Virus record (IMG/VR): IMGVR_UViG_3300037455_000448
Coordinates: 32,001-96,000 of that record
Reading direction: 5' to 3' (one strand)
DNA from: a virus
Taxonomy: Duplodnaviria; Caudoviricetes
DNA: 64,000 nt
The first letter of the stretch is position 1; every line of letters begins with the position of its first letter. A program made the translations under genes and the position numbers. Below are positions 9,556-17,785 of this stretch, in pieces. Below the pieces are notes generated by a model that was not told where the DNA came from, did not search any database, and worked only from the letters and a program-made list of their open reading frames with translations.

Positions 9556-9627
9556 GTCTATTGGGGTCTCGAACCCCACCGTGACTTCACTTTCTTTCGT
9601 GATATCACGTAGCCTTATCTTATAGAC
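9556..9627 (-). ncRNA. tRNA-like element B (same architecture as A)
   Basis: Minus strand: GTCTAT/ATAGAC closing stem, CGTGAT/GTCACG hairpin, TGGGG-TTCGAGA-CCCCA; 72 nt. Confidence 0.55.
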
Positions 9628-9655
9628 TCACTTTTTTTAAAAAAAGTAGAGAGCT

Positions 9656-10090
9656 TTACGCTCTCCACTCCTTCCAGATCTGCTCCCTCTCTGTAGCTGT
9701 TACTGTCTTGTTCGCTATGAACTCTTTCGCAACTTTGTCACTCTTGAATGTGATTGTCTTATTCTCTTTGCTATATACCCCGCCTTTTGCCTCAAATCGT
9801 CTCTTCAATACCTCCCATACGTCCTTGCCTACATAGCTGTCCAACTTTACTTCTTTCTTTGTGGCTGTCATCTCTACTACCACATCTTTTGCTTTTCCAC
9901 TGAAACTCTTACTCTTCTTACCACTACTTACCGCTACAGTCTTACTCTGCTTGCCGTTACGGCTTGATATTAACCCTTTGATGACGTCGTTTATTTTGAT
10001 TACTTCGTCATCGGTCAGCCGGTACTCAAGACCACCTAAAGAAACGATATTGTCTGCTACAAGTTTGTTGTTCTCTGTTAAGTTAATCAT
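9656..10090 (-). CDS. basic (Lys-rich) hypothetical protein, first gene of the leftward transcript
   Basis: 144 aa, AAGGAG RBS, promoter just upstream. Confidence 0.75.
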   Translation of the reverse strand: MINLTENNKLVADNIVSLGGLEYRLTDDEVIKINDVIKGLISSRNGKQSKTVAVSSGKKSKSFSGKAKDVVVEMTATKKEVKLDSYVGKDVWEVLKRRFEAKGGVYSKENKTITFKSDKVAKEFIANKTVTATEREQIWKEWRA

Positions 10091-10164
10091 ATTTACTCCT
10101 TTGACAGTTTATGCTTACTGACAACACAAGAAATTTTTTAGTTCGCTCCGTCGAGCTTGACCCC

Positions 10165-10193
10165 AATATGAGACCTCAATCCGAAGTTGTCAA
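10165..10193 (-). promoter_or_regulatory. sigmaA-type promoter for the leftward operon
   Basis: TTGACA (10193-10188)-17 bp-CATATT (10170-10165). Confidence 0.55.
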
Positions 10194-10543
10194 AACGGCC
10201 CAAAAATAGCCCTTTGTACCACCCTGGTGGAGAGGTCTCGTTAGCAAAAAGGGGTTGTTTTTGGCGCAACCATGCGGATCTCGGAACGCGAGGGCTACAG
10301 CTATTCTTCCCATACACTCACAAAACCGCGAAAACAGAGTAATTCGCAAAAAGAGTCGAAAGGATAAAGACTAAAGATAAAAATTTAGTATAAAAAATAA
10401 CGATTAATAAAAGATAAAAAAAAGAAGATAAAGAAATAAGACAGTATAGGAGAGCCAGAAAGAAGCGAATCAGAAGGAAGGAAAAAGAAGGGAAAAGAAG
10501 GGAAAAGAAAAGAGAAAGATGTAAAGAAAATAAAGCCTAAGAA

Positions 10544-10606
10544 AAAAAGTTGTCACCAAAAAATATACATATAGTATTTATAGTAAGAGTTTGGTGACAA
10601 CTTTTT
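10544..10606. repeat. perfect 17-bp inverted repeat with 29-bp AT-rich spacer
   Basis: AAAAAGTTGTCACCAAA (10544-10560) / TTTGGTGACAACTTTTT (10590-10606). Confidence 0.9.
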
Positions 10607-10628
10607 GATATATAAATTAATTTATACA

Positions 10629-10637
10629 TGTTATAAT
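10629..10637 (+). promoter_or_regulatory. extended -10 promoter
   Basis: TGTTATAAT 35 bp upstream of the 10672 ORF. Confidence 0.5.
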
Positions 10638-10671
10638 GAATGTACTTGCTTAGGAGAGAATGAGGAAGTAG

Positions 10672-11778
10672 ATGAAAGCTGGGGATGAGTTCAAGAATTA
10701 TAAAGAGCTGTGTAAAGAATTAAAAGAAGAGACAAGGAGTGGTCGTAGTAAAGAGTTGCAGCTAAAGAGGTGGCAGCTTTCATTTAAGTTTCATAAAGAG
10801 GGGAATAAGATAATAATTGATGAAGTAAATGATAAAGAGATAAGAGCGCCTGCTGGGGGGAATAGGAAGCATGTAAATATTTTTTTGCCATATGTAATAT
10901 GTTGCCTATATAGATCAGGGATAACTGATGAGTATATTGGAACGCAGAGACTGTTTAGGAGTGAGCTTCAACTGATACCATCAGAGATGTATGGAGTATT
11001 TAATAAACGAAGTAGGGATCATACAGATTATCTTAGAAAAAACAGTATATCACTGTATGAAAGCCTTACGATGTTTGTGCATTACTTTGAAGTCTATGCG
11101 AAAGAAACTGTTGAAGGCTGCTTTAATGTACTTGCAAAAGACGGGGGTATAAAGTGGAGTCCGGGGCAGATATTCATTGTAGGTATATCACATAAGAAAA
11201 AGGTATGCATTACCGGATATGCTGAAGTACTTGATAAGGTAGAAGAGGCTGTCTGTAAAGAGATGAATAAAGACAGGACGGATTTAAAAGGCCGACAATA
11301 TCTTCATGTGGTAAAGAGGGATAAAAAGCTGTCAAAGTTTTTCTATGCAGAGTGTATAAAGAGGCTTACTGCAGATAAAGAGCTGATGAAAGCGGTTAAG
11401 GCTGAGTATGAGAGACAATATGATATGGAGTTCATTCCTGATATGCTTGTTAATTATTTCAGGGTATATCACATTGAAAGCATAGACAGGAAAAAGCTTC
11501 GTAAATGGAAAGTAGCTCCGAGAGACAGCCTAAGAATGAAAAAAGCGTTTGTCAATTCTGTTGGGCCAGAGATGCAAACGCTCAAGGAAAATGTTTATAG
11601 AGACATATTCCGAAGGATGAGTAAAAAAAATAAATTTGGAATTCCGGACGGTGATTTTGAAAGTTTAAAATATTTAATTTCAAAAAACCGTAAGAAATTA
11701 ACTAATATGAATTATAGCCCAAAAGAATATGAATCGCAAGGAGATGACAGTGTTTCGGACATACCTGCAGAGAATTAG
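10672..11778 (+). CDS. basic hypothetical phage protein (putative DNA-binding)
   Basis: 368 aa; N-terminal FKNYKELCKEL.E....G.SK.LQLK.W...F.FHKEGNK motif. Confidence 0.7.
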   Translation: MKAGDEFKNYKELCKELKEETRSGRSKELQLKRWQLSFKFHKEGNKIIIDEVNDKEIRAPAGGNRKHVNIFLPYVICCLYRSGITDEYIGTQRLFRSELQLIPSEMYGVFNKRSRDHTDYLRKNSISLYESLTMFVHYFEVYAKETVEGCFNVLAKDGGIKWSPGQIFIVGISHKKKVCITGYAEVLDKVEEAVCKEMNKDRTDLKGRQYLHVVKRDKKLSKFFYAECIKRLTADKELMKAVKAEYERQYDMEFIPDMLVNYFRVYHIESIDRKKLRKWKVAPRDSLRMKKAFVNSVGPEMQTLKENVYRDIFRRMSKKNKFGIPDGDFESLKYLISKNRKKLTNMNYSPKEYESQGDDSVSDIPAEN

Positions 11779-12001
11779 ATATGCTGAAACCAATATGGAA
11801 GACTGGATCGGGTCAAAGATGGATATGCGGTATGTCAGTAGAAAGACACTGCTTGCAAAGACAAGAAAACACATTTCCTCTTCTACCCTGCCGCAGGCAT
11901 GCATTACAACGGATGTTGTTCATCCTTGGGGAGTACCTGGCTTTGTACTTGAGCTTGAGAATGACGTGTATGAAGAAGGCTATACGGAGATAATGAGATG
12001 A
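11744..12001 (+). CDS. hypothetical protein
   Basis: ORF overlapping the upstream 3' end; AGGAG near MTVF. Confidence 0.45.
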   Translation: MTVFRTYLQRIRYAETNMEDWIGSKMDMRYVSRKTLLAKTRKHISSSTLPQACITTDVVHPWGVPGFVLELENDVYEEGYTEIMR

Positions 12002-12043
12002 ATAATAAAAGGAAAGTTATTACTGTCATAAATTAACCATATA

Positions 12044-12052
12044 TGGTATAAT
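12044..12052 (+). promoter_or_regulatory. extended -10 promoter upstream of the RNA polymerase gene
   Basis: TGGTATAAT. Confidence 0.5.
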
Positions 12053-12121
12053 TACTACATTACATCTGGGGCAATAATACAATATCTAGTTGAATAAAAA
12101 AGTTTTCTTGGGGGAAACTGA

Positions 12122-14713
12122 ATGTCTAAGCATGGCTTAAAGATAAATAATTACGAGGCAGCCAGCCTTTATGAGTATGAGCATGGTTTAAGGAGCCGAC
12201 CTGATACCACCAAGGCAATGCTTGTTAATAGTCTTTTCTTAGATTATCTAATGGATAATGGTCTTATCCAGATATCAAAAAATGATTTTACAAGAGATAT
12301 TATATGCCTTCAGTTTACTTATGGTACCAAGGATTATGAGACTACTATGAGTAAACTGTCTGGCATGGATAATGTCACAGAGCTAAAGCAGAACATTGAG
12401 GCTAATAAGGAATACTGCGTAAAGATGTCTCGTGATGAACTCAGGGAGAAAGTTTATACCGAGGGAATCAGTATCACGTATAAGACATATAATAAACAAC
12501 ATGCTGAGATAAAGGATCTTGAGACAACCATCAGGTATAAGATGCTGTACCGCACTCCAGGCAAGGCCAAGAAAGGTACGTGTATGTTTGTCAATGAGCG
12601 TATCTATGACCAAGTGCATAACTTTCTGTATATGGGTATTGAGCTGCCAAAGGAGCATGCACCTATCGTAGAGATGGGAGCTTACTCTTCTCTCATCACC
12701 AGCTCAGTTGTTGACAGGATAAAGATTCTTCCTGAACAGATCTTGATTTTAAAAGATGTGGATTCATTTTTTAAAACAAAAGTTTTGTCTGTAGAAACAG
12801 ATGAAAAAAAACATTGCCAGATTGTTGAAAAAGAAAATTATGAAGTAGTTAATACACTGTTTGATGGTCAGGCGCTGATAGACTCTTCCATCTTCCCGGA
12901 GTGGGCAGATGGATATATACTGCTTCGTCATCATATGACTAAGGTTGCTGCATTTCATACAGACATTGAGTTGTTCATGAGAGAACACTATGGTGATCAG
13001 TATGACAGCGCATATATCACTGACATGTTTGGGCGTAGCATAAAGGTAAGTGAAATCAAACTAATCACTACTGATAATGCCATCAAGTGGAAGAAGTTTG
13101 GAGTGACGTTTGATTACTGGGCTTCATGGGTAAGAAAGAATGGATGTATGTTTGGGATTGTAAAGACATCTCATGAATCCAAGCTTGGTAATGTTCAGCG
13201 CATGAGTTATCAGATGATGAACTCCCTTGATATTGATTCAATGGAATCTGTCTGCCAGAAGTCCGTAGAATATGTTAATGCTTTAAAAAATGATAACGAA
13301 GAATTTTTAAAATATTTGGAAAAAAATCAGACTTTTTCAAATGATTTTGAGGTTTTACTGGCTTTAATTAAACATAATAAAAATTTTGTGAATAGTGAGT
13401 ACTTCAGGGAAAGAAAACAGAATATTATCAACGCATATATCCTTAACTTGAAGAATGGCCATAGTATACAAGATGCGGATAACCTGACGATAGTTGGCTC
13501 ACCATATGCTATGCTGCTCTACTCTGTTGGAGAAGATCCTTTCAGTGATCCAACGCTTAGGCCGGAGGAAAGAACTATCCAGTGCTACTCTGAGAGATTT
13601 GATGATGGTGAGTACATGGCTGCATTCAGATCACCTCATAACGCGAGGAATAATATTGTGTACCTACATAACTGCAGATATGAACTGATGAAGAAATTCT
13701 TTCATCTTGGTAACTACTGTATTGCTATCAATATGATACAGACAGACTTCCAGTGTAGAGCCAATGGAGCTGATATGGACTCTGATTCAGTATATACCAC
13801 TAATCAGAAGGATATAGTGGAGCATGCACGGTATTGTTATGAGCATTACCCTACTATTGTCAATAATATTCCGAAGGACTCAAATGTTTATAACTATGAC
13901 ATGAAGGACTTTGCCAAAGTTGATAATGGCTTGGCAGCATCTCAGCTGGCTATTGGTGAATCATCTAACCTTGCACAGATATGTCTGACATATACATATA
14001 ACTTCCCAGATAAGAAGTATCAGGACTATGTATGTATACTCAGTGTTCTGGCTCAGGTAGCTGTAGATTCTGCAAAGAGAGCCTTTGATATAAATCTTAC
14101 AGATGAGATCCGCAGGATAAAGAAGGACATGGACGTTGAGGAAAATGGTCTTCCTGATTTTTGGCTGTTGACCAAACGTGATAAGAGAAAGGTTCGCAAT
14201 GAAAAGGAAAGACGTGAGCGCGATCTGAAAAATAAAAAGCGTATCAGAAAGAATGTTAACAGCACTCTTCTGTGCCCTATGAATTATCTATATAACCTTG
14301 AGTTTGAAAGAGTTAAGTATGACACAGAAGCATTGCCTATGGAAGAATTCTGGATAGACCATAAGCACAATGTAGACCGTAGAAAATCAAAAGAGATTGA
14401 GAACCTTATAGAGAAATACTCACTTGATCTGTATAACTATAATGTCTCACATGGAAAAGAACCTAATGATTATCTTCTGCTTATTGATCAGTTTGACGAA
14501 CTGATTGCAGATATACGAAAGGTTTATATCTCTAAGAACTATCTGGGTATGATGTCATGGCTTATCAACAGGGCATTTGAGATTGGTGCTGGAGTACGAC
14601 GTAATAAAAAGGGAATGAATTCTTCCCTGAGTAAAAATAGAGCTTTGCTGCTTAAAGTACTATATGTTGTGTCTCCCGAAATCTTCCTGCAATGTTTTGT
14701 ACAGTTAATTTAA
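12122..14713 (+). CDS. YonO-like single-subunit (two-barrel) DNA-dependent RNA polymerase
   Basis: 863 aa; LFDGQALID, FRSPH, NGADMDSD (DxDxD metal-binding motif at ~13772-13786); position ahead of the late genes as in SPbeta. Confidence 0.8.
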   Translation: MSKHGLKINNYEAASLYEYEHGLRSRPDTTKAMLVNSLFLDYLMDNGLIQISKNDFTRDIICLQFTYGTKDYETTMSKLSGMDNVTELKQNIEANKEYCVKMSRDELREKVYTEGISITYKTYNKQHAEIKDLETTIRYKMLYRTPGKAKKGTCMFVNERIYDQVHNFLYMGIELPKEHAPIVEMGAYSSLITSSVVDRIKILPEQILILKDVDSFFKTKVLSVETDEKKHCQIVEKENYEVVNTLFDGQALIDSSIFPEWADGYILLRHHMTKVAAFHTDIELFMREHYGDQYDSAYITDMFGRSIKVSEIKLITTDNAIKWKKFGVTFDYWASWVRKNGCMFGIVKTSHESKLGNVQRMSYQMMNSLDIDSMESVCQKSVEYVNALKNDNEEFLKYLEKNQTFSNDFEVLLALIKHNKNFVNSEYFRERKQNIINAYILNLKNGHSIQDADNLTIVGSPYAMLLYSVGEDPFSDPTLRPEERTIQCYSERFDDGEYMAAFRSPHNARNNIVYLHNCRYELMKKFFHLGNYCIAINMIQTDFQCRANGADMDSDSVYTTNQKDIVEHARYCYEHYPTIVNNIPKDSNVYNYDMKDFAKVDNGLAASQLAIGESSNLAQICLTYTYNFPDKKYQDYVCILSVLAQVAVDSAKRAFDINLTDEIRRIKKDMDVEENGLPDFWLLTKRDKRKVRNEKERRERDLKNKKRIRKNVNSTLLCPMNYLYNLEFERVKYDTEALPMEEFWIDHKHNVDRRKSKEIENLIEKYSLDLYNYNVSHGKEPNDYLLLIDQFDELIADIRKVYISKNYLGMMSWLINRAFEIGAGVRRNKKGMNSSLSKNRALLLKVLYVVSPEIFLQCFVQLI

Positions 14714-14926
14714 AACAGTTTACATAAGCCGCATGAATAGTGCTTTATAGAAGTCGGTAAAAAAATACTAATGAGGATGGCATTTTTAGTCCCAGGACAA
14801 AAAGGAGAAATATGATGAAGAAGATTAAGAAGGAAACCAGTAGCAGTCTGACTTATACGCCTTTTGAAAATTTGGATAAGCTTATAAAAGAGGCAAAGGC
14901 CAAACAGAAAAAGGAGGAAAAAAAGC

Positions 14927-15544
14927 ATGGCTGAATTTATTGGTATTGCAATTCCAGAAGAATTACAGAAGCTTGCTCTCCCATCACCTGAAGAGCTGAA
15001 CTATTGGACTCTGAGACAGCAGAGAACTTTCTTTATTGATTTTGAAATTGACAATAGCTATGCGCTTATGGAGACAGCTAAAGAGATTATAAGAATCAAT
15101 AACGAAGAAAAAGATATTGAAGCTCCTGATCCAATAAAGATATTTATTCATTCATATGGTGGAGATATCAGTCAGGCATTGTTCTTCTGTGATCTTATTG
15201 AATCATCTCACGTTCCAGTAATCACTGTAGCCACTGGAGCTGCTATGAGTGCAGGTCTCTTAATCTTTTTAGCAGGAAAAACCAGATATGCATTTAAGCA
15301 TTCAAAGGTGCTTATTCATAAAGGATCCGGAGATTTAGCAGGAAGCTTTGATGAAATCGATGCTGCTCATAAAGCATATAAGAATGAAATTACCAGTATA
15401 AGGGATTATATATTAAGCCATACCAAGATATTCGAAGCTACATTTGAGAAGAATAAATCCAAGGACTGGTATATCAGCGGAGAGAAACTTATTAAGTTTG
15501 GTATTGCAGATAAGATAGTCAATAGTATTACAGAAATAAATTGA
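14927..15544 (+). CDS. clpP: ClpP-like serine protease subunit
   Basis: IKIFIHSYGGD, GAAMSAG (Ser), VLIH (His), KDWYI (Asp). Confidence 0.85.
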   Translation: MAEFIGIAIPEELQKLALPSPEELNYWTLRQQRTFFIDFEIDNSYALMETAKEIIRINNEEKDIEAPDPIKIFIHSYGGDISQALFFCDLIESSHVPVITVATGAAMSAGLLIFLAGKTRYAFKHSKVLIHKGSGDLAGSFDEIDAAHKAYKNEITSIRDYILSHTKIFEATFEKNKSKDWYISGEKLIKFGIADKIVNSITEIN

Positions 15545-15611
15545 GGGTAATCCATTTGTCTTCTGCGAGTTCTATACGGACGCAGCTGGCATTTTGGTTC
15601 CTCCTATAGAT

Positions 15612-15638
15612 GGCCGCCTTTTGCCAGGGCGGCCTTTT
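15612..15638 (+). terminator. intrinsic terminator
   Basis: GGCCGCC...GGCGGCC followed by TTTT. Confidence 0.6.
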
Positions 15639-15696
15639 AGTATCAACTGTTTGTTAAAGGGCACAGGCATAAATGCCCTGTTTAAGGAGGGTATTT

Positions 15697-16389
15697 ATGG
15701 ATTGGAGCGAAGTTGTTAAAGTACTAGGCACAATAGTTGTAGCTGCTGTTACTGCGTTGGGTAGCGGATATTTCGGCTATAAACAGTTTGTGTTGAAGCG
15801 TCAGGATGAGCGCGAGGAAAAGAATACTCAGAGTTTGATTGATGCATCGTTAGCAAAGGTGAAAGAAGAAATGCGCAAAGAGATAAATGATGCAGTTCAG
15901 CAAGGCATTGTTGACTGTGGTGAGATTGGTGACAGAGCAATCCTTCGTGTTCGTGATGAGTTTATGAAGAGTCTTGAAGAAGGACTTGAAGCTCGCGGTA
16001 AAGAAGGCAAGGAAAGATTTGAACTTAACTCTCACCAAATTGAAGCTAATAGCAAGCAGCTTGCTGAGAACAGTAAACAGATTGAGGAGATACTTGGAAT
16101 TGTAAAGAGTCAGGCAGTTAAGTATGATGCAATGGCTGACTCTCTCACTGCTCTCAATAAAGTTGTCGCATCAAGTGCAGAAGCTCAGTGTAACTCAAAC
16201 TATGACCGTCTCTTGATTGTCACGAATAAAGTATTAAAGAGTGGCAAGATGACAATATCTGATAAGACAAATATTAAACAGCTTTATTCTTCATGGAAGG
16301 AGCTTGGAGGAAAAGATCCAACTGGTAAGATGGATACCATGTATGAGGAATGCATGGGAATGGAACTTACCCTTGATGAAGGAATTTAA
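15697..16389 (+). CDS. membrane-anchored coiled-coil protein, holin-like C-terminus
   Basis: N-terminal TM segment; DRL...G.MT...LY..W..LGG motif; AGGAGG RBS before MDWSE. Confidence 0.45.
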   Translation: MDWSEVVKVLGTIVVAAVTALGSGYFGYKQFVLKRQDEREEKNTQSLIDASLAKVKEEMRKEINDAVQQGIVDCGEIGDRAILRVRDEFMKSLEEGLEARGKEGKERFELNSHQIEANSKQLAENSKQIEEILGIVKSQAVKYDAMADSLTALNKVVASSAEAQCNSNYDRLLIVTNKVLKSGKMTISDKTNIKQLYSSWKELGGKDPTGKMDTMYEECMGMELTLDEGI

Positions 16390-16501
16390 TAGAGAGGTCC
16401 TGCTTTAGTGGACGATTTATAACTCTGGGGTTATGGCTGTCAAAGGTCATAGCCCTGTTTCGTTAGTGCCTAAACAGGCAAGGGATTAAAAGGAGAAGTA
16501 T

Positions 16502-17785
16502 ATGCAAAAAGGAGTTAAATCCACGCAGCCTGCTAAAGCCAAGATAATGAAAGAGAATGCAGAAATGAAAGCTCTTTTGGAGAATGGCTGCAGATGTGCG
16601 ATGTGTGGAAAGGTAAAAGACAAGGATACCAAGTTTTATCTAGATACTGATCCTAAACTTGGTGGACACAGCTTTGCTCGTATATGCAGAGAATGTGCAA
16701 GAGCAATTGCTCATAGACGTGATGAAGATGGTGTGGACCATGAACCAACAAGAGAGTCTGTTATTGAAACTCTTGAATATCTTAATAAACCATTTATAGA
16801 GTCTTTATGGAATGCTTCGATTCAGGAATCTGAGAACATGGTAACAGGAAAGAATCGTTGGACTCCATGGAATGCATATATTAAGAATATTCAGATGGTT
16901 CAGTATGTAGGGCTTACATATAAAGACTCTGACCATATTAAAAATGCACGTCCTACAAGAGTAGAAAAATCTTCTCGAACTACTTCGAAAAGCAAAATGC
17001 TTCGAGACCATGAGGGAATGGATACTTATGATTCCTTCGAGAAAAATAAGGAAGATGTAATCAGGCTGTTAGACTATGATCCCTTTGAAAAGGAACTCAT
17101 AGCAGACCAGCCTTTTTTATATGCCCAGCTCCTTATGCTGATGGATTCAAATCAGGATCAGGAGATGGATATGATACGTACCTCTTCTGCTATTTCAATT
17201 GCTCGTGGATTCCTTCAGGCTTCAAAGCTTGATGACTCCATTGCAAAACTGATGGCAGATGTTACTGGTCTTGAGAAAAATGCTGCAACGATCAAATCGC
17301 TTCAGGATTCTAAACAGAAAGTTATGAGCATGATTACATCTCTTGCTGCAGAGAGCTGTTTGTCACTTAAGAACAGTAAGACTGCAACTAAGGGAGATAA
17401 TACTTGGACTGGAAGAATAAAGAAACTTAAAAACCTTAATCTCTATGAGACTAATGGTTTTGATATTGCTACATGCAAAGGTATGCAGCAAGTTCAAGAG
17501 ATATCTGATGCATCAATTATGAAGCAGCTTGCTTTGGATGACTCTGATTGGTCGGACATGGTAGCTGAAATGCGTCAGACAATCACCGATTTAAGAAGAG
17601 AACGCGATCAGTATAAAGAACTCAATCGCATCATATTGAAAGAGAATTTGGCATTAAGGGATACTTTGGAGGAAAAAGGTGTTGATGTAAAGGGTGAAAC
17701 ACATAGTCTGAAAGAACTTTATTCTGTATTTGCAGGAAATAATGAAGAGGCAACTGATGAATCAGAATCTGATGATGCCGATTGA
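16502..17785 (+). CDS. putative terminase small subunit / Zn-finger packaging protein
   Basis: CAMC..CREC; directly upstream of and overlapping TerL. Confidence 0.55.
   Translation: MQKGVKSTQPAKAKIMKENAEMKALLENGCRCAMCGKVKDKDTKFYLDTDPKLGGHSFARICRECARAIAHRRDEDGVDHEPTRESVIETLEYLNKPFIESLWNASIQESENMVTGKNRWTPWNAYIKNIQMVQYVGLTYKDSDHIKNARPTRVEKSSRTTSKSKMLRDHEGMDTYDSFEKNKEDVIRLLDYDPFEKELIADQPFLYAQLLMLMDSNQDQEMDMIRTSSAISIARGFLQASKLDDSIAKLMADVTGLEKNAATIKSLQDSKQKVMSMITSLAAESCLSLKNSKTATKGDNTWTGRIKKLKNLNLYETNGFDIATCKGMQQVQEISDASIMKQLALDDSDWSDMVAEMRQTITDLRRERDQYKELNRIILKENLALRDTLEEKGVDVKGETHSLKELYSVFAGNNEEATDESESDDAD

Noticed and set aside
8487-9627. Canonical tRNA genes
   Set aside because: No D-arm, no 7-nt anticodon loop and no CCA; kept only as tRNA-like elements.
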